Below are positions 1-11,690 of a DNA stretch of 53,560 nucleotides, one piece after another. The translations under genes were made by a program, and so were the position numbers. How positions within the stretch are numbered: the stretch's first letter is position 1; each line of letters begins with the position of its first letter. Under the pieces are notes generated by a model. The model saw nothing but the letters and a program-made list of their open reading frames with translations. It had not been told where the DNA came from and searched no databases. Origin of the DNA: Vicugna vicugna (taxonomy: Eukaryota); NCBI GenBank assembly GCA_013265495.1, contig MU058636.1:9446510-9500069 (forward strand), given 5' to 3'.

Positions 1-61
1 AAAAACACCTAATCATAAATTTGGGGGAAGGAAGACTGACAATTAAGTAAGAATTGTATAG

Positions 62-190
62 CTTAATATGTTCAGTCATTAAAAAAACATTTGCATGAAG
101 CATAACTACTCTGTAGGAAGCATTCTATTAAACTCATAGATAAACAATGCAGACATAGCCTTTACCTTCAAAGAGCTTACAGTCTTACAC
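62..190 (-). mobile_element. Degenerate L2 LINE 3' fragment
   Basis: ttcagtcatt..catttg..gcattctatt..gacatagcctttaccttcaaagagcttacagtc resembles the antisense L2 3' end; recognised by eye. Confidence 0.5.
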
Positions 191-461
191 ACTGAAGGTG
201 CTCTATAAATACTGATTTTACCATGCTGGCATATATAATAAGTGCTCATAATGATGACATTTAGTCGGTTGTTATGATCTGGCATACAGTAAATGTTGGT
301 TTGTTATGTTTAATAAAGACATGGTTGGCCATTCAAAAAAAAAAAAAAGAAAAAGAAAAAGTGCTTCACCTGAATAGTCACTGACCCATCCATATACGAA
401 ATACACAGAACATACACCTTTGCACATGATTATTAGTAACAACTGATTTTTGACACATTAA

Positions 462-826
462 TTTTTTTTAACTGAAGTATAGTCCATTTACAATGTTTTG
501 TGAATTTCTGGTGCACAGAATAATGTTTCAGTCATACATATACATACATAAATTCCTTTTCATATTCTTTTTCATTATAGGTTACTACAAGATACTGACT
601 AGTTCCCTCTGCTAGACTGTAGAAACTTTTAATCTATTTTATATGTAGTGGTTAGTATCTGCAAATCTTGAACTCCCAATTTCTCTCTTCCCACCCCCTT
701 CCTGCCCTGGTAACCATAAGATTGTTTTCTACGTCTGTGTCTATGTCTCTGAGTCAGTGTCTGTTTTAAGTAAGTTCATTTGTGTCTCTCTCTTTTTTTT
801 TTTTTTAGATTCCACATATAAGTGAT
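462..826 (-). mobile_element. 5'-truncated lineage-specific (camelid-type) L1 3' end
   Basis: T-tract followed by actgaagtatagtcc..tttacaatgtt..gtttcagtcatacatatacatac..ggtaaccataag..tttagattccacatataagtgat, the antisense L1 3'UTR up to the ORF2 stop region. Confidence 0.9.
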
Positions 827-1051
827 TTTTTAAAATTTCAAGAACCACTTCACAAAAGTTGTGGATATATAACACATCAATTATTAGAGTCAGATGAACA
901 GTACTGGATTCTCTCGGAGAGAAGTGGGGGCATCGCCTTTCTGAGCACTCACAGAAGATGGTGCAGGCCCGTCTGGGACACAGTGTCTGGCGCTGTCTCT
1001 TCCTTCTGCATAATTACCAAGGAGGGAAAGTGGATGGCAGAGACTACTTAC

Positions 1052-1124
1052 TTATCTTAGTACCTGCCAGAGTATAAATCAGGATGTTTGTAGTCAGCTA
1101 TCTCAAACCCTTTTTGAAATACGA
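1052..1124 (-). other. Candidate small internal exon of the host transcript (61 nt if donor at 1064, 73 nt if donor at 1052), probably 5'UTR
   Basis: Minus strand: acceptor cttatttaatttccag|TCGTATTTC; donors GGCAG|gtacta or GATAA|gtaagt; RBFOX motif TGCATG about 30 nt upstream (1154-1159). Confidence 0.5.
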
Positions 1125-3072
1125 CTGGAAATTAAATAAGTAAACATGCTATACATGCAATTTCAAGAACGTCCAAGACTATTGAATAAACTATTCAATT
1201 CTGCTGAGAAATAGCGGAGGTTTAGGTGAACTTATTTACATGTCAGTTACAGAAATTGAAATTGCTGTTTTATCTATAGCAATAGCTTGATGGTCTAACC
1301 TGCCGGCTAAACTCCCCTCACGCAGGCAGAAATCTTACCCTAGACTATCAGACCAGAAGGCCAGGGAGTTATGCTGTAGCAATGAAGATATCCTTTCATC
1401 CTCAAATTAAAAACAATGTGACAGAGTTCCCGGTATAATCACTTTAATGAAGTGTAATTTATTTGATCTTTTTGCCAATCTTCCAGAATCACTGCTTTTC
1501 TAGAGCCAATTATAAATGTCCAGGGACTTTTCACTTCTCATTATAGGAAACGAAGTTTCTCATAAATAACACACCCTCCCACAGTTTGGGCCCATTTTAG
1601 TTTTGTTACGGTGCTTTTCTATATTTTGCACCAAACACAAAATAAACACTTTGCTCCTTACCTTCAACCTGATGCTCAAACTGAGCTTCTGTGGCGTAAG
1701 TCATTGAAATGCCAAGTTCAAACAGAAGTAGACCATGACAGACCAACCAGTTGATGCCCTGTCACAATGACACTCTGCCTGTCAGCTTCAAAAACAGCAA
1801 GCTGGTACAGTCTGGATCTTCCAGTGATGGGACCAGAAACCTCATTTAGAGAATAGTTTTAATAGTAATGGAAAGGATGCGAAATTTGTGTTATTATTTT
1901 TTTGAATTGACTAAACTGATTGTCTTTAAGGAAATAAGGACTTCCTCATTCGGCCTGTTCCACCCCAAGTAACCTGAATGCTTTGTAAAGAGCCACCACA
2001 ACAAGGGAAGTTGTCACAGGGTAGTGTACCATAATTGGAAACTGGCCTAATGCACCAAAAAATATGAGGAATTTGTGGTCCTAAGCAGGTGACACTGGTA
2101 ACATCAGCTGGACCTATAGGCCAAAACGGTTATTGAGCCATAATTCTAAGTAGGTTTTCCCTTCAAGACATATCTCCTTCATTCATCTGACCTGACATCT
2201 AAGTTTTTTATAGTTCAAACTGAGAAGTACAGAGAGATGCTACGTGACTGGCACTGAGGGGCACTTTTTGTTATCACAGTGTTCTAAGCCCTGATGACCT
2301 TGGAGTCTCGTATATGTCTATGGGCCAGTCAGTCCTTACAAAGCGTCTTCCACCATACAATCTGACAGTTCAACACCCAGTCACTCTTTATAGTTCCTAA
2401 AGTAACCATTAAGTGATGTGTATAAAACTTATTAGAATGATCTTTGGGTAATGGTCTTTAGAACTGGTACTTGGTTAGGGAAAAAAAATATTGTGACCCC
2501 TCCCCACAAAGAAAACACCCATAAAAAAACAGAAAAATCAACCCCAAATTAGACTTCTTTCGGCATTAGTCGTCTTCTAGAAAAAGAATTCAATATTGTT
2601 CAGTGCTACTGATCCCTCGGCCAGGTTCTAGCCAGTTGATGATTTTTGTTCCAGACACAATAATTCTGTGAAGGAGACTGCTCAGTACCAAATGCGGAAA
2701 AAAAAAGTTTAAAAGGAGAGCTTCTATTTAAGATAAGAATCCTTGAAAGACTATATAGACTGGGAATCATTCTTCAGATACCCAAGTGTTTTATCTATAA
2801 TTTTATGTGCTAAAATTGTCCACCTGTCTGAATCACACATCACGTTTTGGTTTTGGTAACAGGGACATCATGCGAAGAAAAAGTTTTCTGTGATTTTAAA
2901 AAACGAAAAAAAGTGTCAAGAAACAAAAAGTCTTTCACAACAGTTCAAAAATCCCGAGGCCACACTTATTCATTCACTTGGCTTTCCAGCCCGCCACTGC
3001 CTGTCCCCAGCAGCATTATGCAAGCTTACTTAAGAATGCAGAGGAGCTCAGAGGGCTGAAACTTCTATTCCC

Positions 3073-3086
3073 GTTGCCATGGTGAA
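3073..3086. promoter_or_regulatory. RFX X-box-like motif
   Basis: GTTGCCATGGTGAA against the X-box consensus GTTGCCATGGCAAC. Confidence 0.35.
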
Positions 3087-4529
3087 AAAAAAAAAACCCC
3101 ACAAGGAATGAAGATAACGGCCTCCAGCACAAGTAGGGTGGTCTCCAGTATTCCTTTGGAACCCCACCACTGTACTTACAAACAACTATCACAACTTAGA
3201 AAGGAACCCCCTGCTTAGGATCTTCGAAAACATCCCTTCAAACATCATTTCACAGAAACAGGACTTTCCCACATCTCATCAGCAACAATGATACAAAACT
3301 AACAAAAGAGCATCAGGAAAGATAAGCATGTTCCTGTCTCTGGGGGAAAAATGGATGACTAACATTCACAGACACCTCCCACATTTTGGGGAGGTGCAGC
3401 TCCCTGTAACACAATCTCAATACATGGATTTTGTACAAAACCACACAGAGGACACTCCCACCGGATGATCAATCAGCACACGGTGGCTTTGGGAGGTTTT
3501 CCAAGAGCAAAGTCTCAAAAGAATGTGAACATTTCATTACTTCCTTCTTTTCTGAAGGTTGTTGAATCAAGAAGTCATTGTCCCCTACCAATCTTTGAAG
3601 GGGAAAAAAATAAATAATGGCAGGAACCCACAATAACTTCCTCATAGCACATCACAGCTGCTTGGCTTTTAACTAACACGCCATATTTCAGATATTTCAC
3701 GTTAAGCCAAAGAATTATAAATAAGAGGTGTATTACAGGGAAACCTTCCCAGGTGAATGTCTCTGTCAAAGGGGTATTTGAATAAAAGGCTAAATTTATT
3801 TTTTATTATGTTATGTTGCCTACAATAAACATATTTCTGCAGAGGCAGTATGACATGTAAGTGTGACTAATCTGTTTACTCTGCACCCTGGGGCCAGTTA
3901 ATTGCTCTAACTAGGAAAATACCCTTCAACTGTAGTTAGTTAGTGTTTCATCAAAAGGTCACATGCCAGGATCGTTACTACAGATTTGCTGTCTTATTTT
4001 TTCCTCTATAATAACGTTAGAAAGTTTTCTAATGGGCCAAACGGACGTCAGAGGCGGGAGTTTCATTAGTGAAGTTGCTGGTGCTTTAAAGTATGTGGAC
4101 TGGCTAGAGCACAGAGACGTTCTTCATGCGTATGTGTACACACTAGGAGAGTCTAGAAGAATCTAGGTTAGCTATGGAGGGCATAGACCCTCTCAATTGG
4201 CTCCTGGGACTTGATTCCAAAATAGTGCATGATTCAGAGGACTTTGGTTGCCTGATCCCAGCTCTTGGGTCAACTGAAGTCCCGCCCCCAGAATAGCGTT
4301 GAGTTTATCTCGAGGAGACTCGCTCCTTCACTTTAGCTGTGATGAATGCACCTAAGAGGACAGAGAGCTGGGATCCTGATGAGCTTCAGAAAAGACACTC
4401 TCAGGTGAGAGCCTGATGGCTGAAAAATATATGAGTGAAAAGTTCTGTTCTGATGATGCTTCTGTATTTGTAGTGGGCAGGCCAGGGAGGTAAGCTATAA
4501 CCCTCACCTACCTCTAAATATGAGCAAAC

Positions 4530-4913
4530 ACTGCTTACTGTTTCCAAAATTCAATTTCCTCTTCTGGGGCACACACTAAAACTACATTCATCAGCCTGTC
4601 TTCAGTTGGAGGTGGGCATCAACGGAAGTCGAGCCAAGAGCATGCGAGAGAGTGTGATGAGGGACATTTCGAATCATGGCTTTTAAAATAATGCAGTCCC
4701 TCCATGCTCTTCTCACCCCTTCTGTCAGGAGTGAGCCGAGGCTCAGGGATGGTACCCATATAGGAGGAGCCTGGGTCCTTGAACCATCGTATGGGAAGCT
4801 GACTAGTAATATCCACCTGGACTGTAACGTCAGCTAGAGATAAACTTTTCTTGTGTTTCAGCCATTATACATTCTTGGGTCTATTAATATGGTTCAGTGC
4901 ACCTAACTGACCA
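4530..4913 (+). mobile_element. MaLR LTR (MLT1-like)
   Basis: ggagcctgggtccttgaaccatc..tggactgt..gagataaacttttcttgtgtttcagccattat..ttgggtcta..cctaactga, typical of the MLT1 3' half. Confidence 0.75.
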
Positions 4914-5169
4914 GGAGACTATCACTCTTTACCAAAAAGAACCTAATAACTCTGTACAACCAGACTGAATGAGAACAGTTTGAACACATCTACCTCCCAG
5001 GGGTCAGCACACTGTATTTGCAGAGTATCTGAGAATAATGTTGTGTCTGGGAATTAGCAGACAAGGTCTTGACTTTCTGAGAATGACCACGACTCCTACA
5101 TCTTTTGAATTTTGTTCTTTTTTATTTTCTGTCTTCCAGGAATCACAGTAGGAATCACAATGATGCCAC

Positions 5170-5430
5170 ACAACTAAAAACAGCAACTGACGATAATTGA
5201 ACCAGGTTTCTGAAACCGTTCCCAGAATTGCATGCATCTAATTCATTTAATCTTTATAAGAACCCTAGGAAGGAGATGCCACAATTATCCTCACTTTATA
5301 AGCAAGGAAACAAGTAAGGAGAGACGAAGTGTTTACCCAAAGTTACACGACTTCTAAGGGACGTAGAGGGGACTTGAAGCCATGCAGCTGGGCACCAGGG
5401 CACAAGCCCTTCTTTTAACCTGATCACCAT
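5170..5430 (-). mobile_element. MIR SINE
   Basis: tcatttaatcttt..aaccctaggaagg..ttatcctcactttataagcaaggaaac..aagtgtttacccaaagttacac, the antisense MIR core. Confidence 0.8.
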
Positions 5431-5964
5431 GCTGCGGTCTCCAGATGACCACAAAGATGAACGAGATTTGCCTTTGCCCCAACGAGTTTATAAAATCTGG
5501 TATAATGCAAGGTAGTACATATCACTAAATGGCATACAAAATATTGTGGAGTTTCAAAGAAGAGGGAGATAATATCCAATCAAAGAAATCTGGAATATTT
5601 TATGGAGGAAAATAGCACTTGTTCTTCATTTTAATTCAACTGAACACACTTCCACTGAGCACCAGTCTTGTGGCAACTCTTCAAAGAGTTTCCAGCCAAA
5701 TAATCACTACAAACTGTATCCACACTATTGTGCACTCAGAGAAATAGTCTACCATTTAAAGTAAGAAAAGGAGATTTGAAAAGATACAAAATAAGTTTTT
5801 ATTTGAACGTCAAATCCTGAGCTAATTTGTGTTCCTTTTTAAAGTATGTCTGAAATGAGTTTTTCCGGCTGTGTTACTTTCTTTAATATGCGAGCATGTG
5901 TTTGCATTTGCACAAGTGTGTTGAACTCTCGCACGCATTTTGAAAAGTGCCCAGACAAGGGCTT

Positions 5965-6465
5965 GGCTCAAAGCATTTCATAAAATGAATATCACCTTAT
6001 AACCTATACTCAGATTAAAGAACAAACTGTGCCTGGCCCCTCAGAAGTCTTCCCTCTGCTCTTTCTCAATCACCACCCTGTCCCAAGGGTGAACATTATC
6101 CTAACTTCTAGCAGAACAGACTCGTTTTGCCTCTCTTTGTGCTGATACACATGGAATCATAAATTCTGTACTCTTGTTAAGGCTTCTTTCATTCAGCGTT
6201 ATGTCTGTGAGATGTCTGTGTCATCTATATTCCTTAGTGTCATTCTAATCGGTTTACTGTCATTGCTGCATGGCAGTCCATTGTGAATATACCATAGTTT
6301 ATCCACTCTGCTGTTGCTAGGCATTTTGACAGTCTTCAGGTTTTATTTGCTACAAAAAGATGCTTCTATGAACATTCTCATATATGTCTTTTGAAGCACA
6401 TATCTGCATATTGCTGTTTGGAACATACCTAGGACTGGAATTCCTAGATTATAGGGTATATAGGC
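5965..6465 (-). mobile_element. Old L1M (L1ME-like) 3' fragment
   Basis: atggaatcata..ggcttctttcattcagcgttatg..gtccattgtgaatataccatagtttatcc..tgcttctatgaacattc..catacctaggactggaatt, the antisense L1M 3'UTR. Confidence 0.85.
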
Positions 6466-7392
6466 ATTTAAAAAGGTATATCCTACCTGGACATTAAGCT
6501 CATGTCACATGTGGAAGTCACACCCAAGTCACATCAGAAAGCCTTGATAAAGTAAGTGTTGGCTGTGAGAATGGAAGTGTCAGCATTCAATGACATTGTA
6601 GATCAACTAAACTTCAATAAAATTTTTTTTTTAAAAAAGAAGTATCAACATTCACACAATATATTCTTCCTAATTAGTCTTTCGAGAGTCAGATTCGCAC
6701 CAGCGCTCAGTGGCAGCCTACCAAAGGGACTGCCTCTGTCATTTTCCAAGAAACTGCTTTAAACTCTCACACTGAACTTGAGGACACGTGCTCCGGACAT
6801 CCAAAAATGTCCTCATGGTCGATTTGGCTGGAGTGCAGGTAGGACGCAGACCCCTGCTTTTGGTGTTACAAGGCTCAGGGGAATCTCCTTATGACACTTT
6901 TATTCACTTGTTTTTTCTCATTCTAGTGCAATGAAGTAAGTTTCACATATAATGTGTCAAGTCCCTATGGCTGTGGGCTCATTTTTTTTGCCATCTGTGT
7001 TAAAACATGCTATGAAATTTTTGCCTATGAAACTTTAACAAAGGGTGTAATCATGCCAATAATTTGTCTTATCTCTGCCCAAACACCTAAACAACATAAT
7101 CCCTTGGCAGTAAAGGGTTTTTCCATGCCTATTGGCATTTAGACCCTTGGGAGTGTTAGACAATTTGGGATAGACTGAAAAATAACACAACCCAGCATGT
7201 TAACTTATTTCAAAACATAAATTAAATTACTAGACCCAGGCCAAGTCAATGTCTCTGTGAAGACACTGGGCCTGGTACTTTTCTTAAAAACACTTAAAAC
7301 TGAAGGGATCACTCAGATTTTAAAGTCTGGGTTTCTTCCTGTTCCTAACCCTCAGGGAGCACGTGTCAAGGTGACTTGGTGAAGACACATAC

Positions 7393-7740
7393 CTCAGCTC
7401 CTAGGACAGGCCAACTTGGCCTGGTTTAACTTGGGCTGTGCTTTTTTGTAATAGCAACCCAGGACGGAAACATCTGGAAAAATACCATGACTGAGCTGGT
7501 GGGATCAAAGACTGAAGTGAAACGGTCTATTCTTAATTTCCAGGAACCGACAGAGTGTAGAATGAAATAACTCAGTTGGGCATGAATCCTGTCGGATTTC
7601 TGAAAGGCTTGTATATCACTGTATTGCCGCGCCAGAGAGCTGAAGGAAGTGTAGTTCAGCAAAGTTGAGGAAAAATAAATCTTGGTGCATGTGTGTCTGC
7701 ATTTATGCGTGTGCACACAGCAAGGGCACACACACGTGCC
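7393..7740 (-). other. Candidate alternative first exon / promoter module (only the 3' boundary is defined)
   Basis: Minus-strand donor CTGAG|gtatgt at 7393, repeat-free context, flanked by CACGTG E-boxes at 7360 and 7733; the TSS is unknown. Confidence 0.3.
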
Positions 7741-7815
7741 AGACAGCTCAAGCTGTAATCAACATGTGCATAGCGGATTCCTCTGATGGCAGGGACAACT
7801 TGCCATAAAAATATC

Positions 7816-7853
7816 AAAAAAAAAAAAAAAGAAGAAGAAGAAGAAGAAGAAGA
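7816..7853 (+). repeat. A15-(GAA)7 compound microsatellite
   Basis: Read directly: 15 A followed by seven GAA units. Confidence 0.95.
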
Positions 7854-8539
7854 CAAAAACCAGCTGAAGAAACGCTTAAGTCCTGAATTGCATTTGCAAA
7901 GAAGCATCTTGGCCCCCCACTGGACTGAATTCCAGAGGCACTGGCTGTCTGGTTTATCCTTGCTCTGGTCAGCGACTGGGTCAGGGTCTGGTACACAATT
8001 TGCAATAACCAAAAGTCTATTGAGTGGAGAATAAATAAATTTATAAGTGAATGGAAAACAGATAAAACAAGCAGCCAAGCTCCATAGTCCAAGTGCTGAA
8101 TTCGACTCTTCTCAAAACCTTCCCCGTAGGCAGTCAATTTATCTCCTTGACCTTTAGTAACTATATTAAGAAACAAGGAGAGAAAAGAAAGCAATACTTA
8201 CCTAGCTTGAGTGGGTATTTGATACTTAGGTATTTACAGAATAGGGACTAAAAAGACCTTTTAGATGTCACCTCTCTCTTTCTCTGCCCCTGGGAAGTGT
8301 TTAATGAGAAACAGAATGGATGTAATTTGAAGACACGTCCAAAAGATGAGATTACGCAGTTTTCCCATGTGATCTCTGAAAGTAGAGCACTGAGTAAACA
8401 TAAACTACAGAGGGAATGGTGAATAAAAATTAGTATGAGCTGAAGTCTTTGCTAGGATTATGAATATTGAAATGTTTGGAGGGAGAAATATCTGAACAGT
8501 TAGAATCAGGTTCTATGACTCACACAAAGATTCTGCCCT

Positions 8540-8662
8540 GGAATATAAACCCCAAAGGGCTGGTATCGGTATCTGTTTTGTCCATTAATGTAGCCCAGGG
8601 ATCTAGGACAGTGCCTGGCACTTTATAGATGCTCAGCACAAAACTGCTGAATGAATAAATAA
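8540..8662 (+). mobile_element. L2 3' terminal fragment
   Basis: tctgttttgtcca..ctaggacagtgcctggcac..tagatgctca..tgctgaatgaataaataa, the L2 3' end. Confidence 0.8.
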
Positions 8663-8816
8663 ACCTTATAATGTTAAAATGAGAAAAAAAAGGTGGGGGG
8701 GGGAGAAGGCATCAAATGCTATTGTATTGGTTACATTAGTTGGCAAGTTCATTTACTTTACATCTTCTCAACTGAAAATCGAAGCCATTAATGCTGTCTG
8801 ACTATATAATGATACT

Positions 8817-9001
8817 TTTAAAAAAATATTTATTATTCTTTAAACCTTTTTTATGCTTTTTTTTTCCCCTGTGGTGGGGTCTGGGGAATTAGGATTATTT
8901 GTTTATTTATTTAGTGGAGGGACTAGGGATTGAACACAGAACCTTGTGCTAACCTAACGTTAAGCACATACTCTACCACAGAGATATACCCTCCCCCTCC
9001 G
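8817..9001 (-). mobile_element. tRNA-derived camelid-type SINE with target-site duplication
   Basis: The minus strand reads ggggagggtatatctctgtggtagag..gttcaatccctagtccctcca..aataaac..cctaattcccc plus an A-rich tail; 10-bp TSD taatgatact at 8807-8816 and 9002-9011. Confidence 0.9.
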
Positions 9002-9279
9002 TAATGATACTCATGATTGTACAGTTTAAAGGATCAAAAGATAGAGAATAAAAGGTATTCTCTCTTCTCCCACCTTGAGTTCCTTTCCCCTACAAGCTCT
9101 TAATGTTTGGGCACTAAAGTCAAAAACTTGAAACCAAAACACAGCAGAATCAGATTCACCCATTTAATGTATGATGCATTATTTAGTTGCAAGAAGGAAG
9201 AGGAAGTGCCAGCTTTCTCTTTCACACCTTGGGTGAACATAAATCAAATACAGGGAAGTTGCAAAGCCGTTGCGCAGTT

Positions 9280-10450
9280 TTTAAACTTTTGTAAGTCTGG
9301 CGTCAGAGGTGGTAGAGATCATTTGCAAATGGCATGCAAATCGAATTTTCTTCCTCAAGTTGTTAAAACCTCAGTCTGCTAGTGCCGGGACCAATTTTCA
9401 CCTCGTCGCCTATAATAGGCAGATAAACATTTGTCACAGGCAACCATTTAAATGATGAATAAATACATTTCGTGCAATCACATAAGGTTGTTTTCGTAAA
9501 GGTGAAACATACCTGTTTTAAAGCGTCATAGGCAGGCTGCTTCCGTCCTTGCCCACACACTTAGGTTATTACACGTTCAGAAAAGCCCACAGAGGTATGG
9601 AGGCTACTCCCAACTCCAGGAAGAAACAAAGGCCGAACAACAGGCCAAGTTGCTTTTATCAGACGGCGTATCAGCGTCTTTTCTCTCCAGTGAAATCACT
9701 CTGGCTTATTCATACCCTCTTGAGAAACAAGACCATAAAGACTAACTAGTCGGCCTTTCTTCCCAAGGCAGTGTCTGCGGGCAGCCATGGTGAGAAGAAT
9801 CCGTGCGAATCCCTTGACTCTGACTCGCGTGCTGCAGATTGACAAGGCTAAATTAGGTCCTAGCAGCTGAATAATATTAAATGAGGCAAGGGCTGCACGG
9901 GGGAATCCACAGAGCCTGACACTCCTAAAAGCATGAATTGGAAGCCAACATGGGAGTTTTTATTCTGCTTTTTATAAAATGCATCTTTTTGGTGCCCCCT
10001 CTCATTTCATCGACAGCATCTCTCACTTTCCTCCCCCTCACAAGGGCAAGGAGTCGGGAGGAAGGAGTCATTTCAAGGATGAAGTTTCCTTCAGCAGGAT
10101 TCTTCCTTGTTAGCCATTCTGCAAAAGTTCATTAGCTGAATAAACCATTCTCCGCAGACCTCATCTTTATTCCTGGCTCCCGACCCCTCCCCCTTCCCTT
10201 TCTTTTTAACCTTTCAGCGCAGAATTCAGTCTTTGTGGTAGTCTGCACATCAGCGAACTCCCGCCCAGCCCCGGGGAGCTGCTGGGCCAGGCAGGGGTGA
10301 CTCTGTGGGCTGCATTCCAATTCAGTGAGGTGGTGACCGGGTACCCAGCCCCAGCCGTCGAATGGGCCCTGTGTCTGGGTATGATTCATAACACAAACAT
10401 GTTTAGAAAGCAAAAGAAAGGAAGACAGAGGCATGGGATTTGGAATCCTT
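9280..10450. promoter_or_regulatory. Candidate promoter/enhancer block
   Basis: Repeat-free and relatively CpG-retaining; octamer ATGCAAAT at 9334-9341, GC box cccgccc near 10260, TEAD-type GCATTCC near 10312, and minus-strand donor ACAG|gtatgt at 9513. Confidence 0.35.
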
Positions 10451-11344
10451 CAGTCAGTATTGTTGGAAGACTGAGAGCATCACGGGGGGAGAGAAAGAGG
10501 ATTTATTCTCATGCCCTGGCGGAACTCAATCCATAGGCAGATCCGTGTCCAAAGAAGGCCAGTGACATTACACATCTTCTAAAATGAGCTCCAATTAAAA
10601 CAAAACAAAACTCTCAACTACTCTTCCCAGCCCACCAGCCCGCTTCTACTCTGTCATGGCAAAATAAATAACATGAATGAATGAACGGATGAATGAGTGA
10701 ATGAAATAAATAAGTCCTATTTGACTGTGGCCAGTTTTGCCTATAATTTTTTTTTCTGATGAATAATGTAGGGGCAGAAGCTGAATATGCTGCTAATGCT
10801 ATTTTTTGAGATCTGGGGGGAAAATGCTGCAAGGATGTTTAAATATTCAATGAACTTAAAGAACAAATTAATTTAGGTGTCCTCATTCATTCACATAGAG
10901 TGCAACAGATTCAAAACTGAATAAGTGATAGGCTAGAAATATATTCTGATTCCTAAAATAAAACCTTTAAGGAAAAGATGAAAGCTTTTGTTTTTTTGTT
11001 TTTTTAAAGGATGCAACATGGTGAATATTGGAGTAAAAAAGAACTAGCCATGTCTTATTTTTGTACTAACCCCTTATTTTTAATAGATTTATGTACATTT
11101 CACATTTTATCCAGCAATCTCCTATAAGTAACGCACGTGGCTGGATGTTAAAAACGGTAGAAGCGAGCATCACTTTGAATGTGTGCAGACACGGATGTTT
11201 ATCATGCACTTTAAATGACAGACGTCTGCAAAACCCTCATTAAGGCAGAACTCCTTAAAGCTCCAAATGGCAGCTGCACATTTTCTTCAGCTAGCCAACT
11301 AAAATATCTGATTTAGTCACAGAAATCTCACAATATTGTCTTAC

Positions 11345-11690
11345 CTTTGGGAAATTAAACATTCCCCTTTCCCATTTTATACTCTCCATAATCGCTGGCA
11401 TTAACGTAAAATACCCACTGTGGTCAACCAGCCTGGAGGACTTCGTGGTATATAAACAGTCTCACTCATCCTAAGCTGCGGTGGAGAGTAAAGGTGGGAA
11501 GTGGATTCCAGTATTTGATGATATACAAGACACTGCCCAATGACCAACACGAGGATTCCAGACTCACTGCTTCCGAAATATTTCAGCAACTTTACTCTGC
11601 CCCTTCTCTTTCTCTCTCCCTCTTTCTCTCTCTCTCTTACTCTCTCTCTCTCTGTCTTAAAGAAATAGCTAGTGGGCAGATTTAAGTCCA
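11345..11690 (-). other. Candidate alternative first exon with GA-rich leader and a 19-codon ORF start (MPAIMESIKWERGMFNFPK)
   Basis: Strong donor CAAAG|gtaaga at 11345; ATG at 11401 runs open to the donor in phase 0; TATA-like ATTTAAAA on the minus strand near 11710; (GA)n leader at 11601-11655. Confidence 0.45.
11601..11655 (+). repeat. Imperfect (CT)n / polypyrimidine tract
   Basis: Read directly. Confidence 0.9.

Noticed and set aside
7656..8194. Overlapping ORFs of 82-140 aa with poly-K/E or poly-S/F runs
   Set aside because: The low-complexity runs derive from the A15(GAA)7 microsatellite; there is no domain resemblance.
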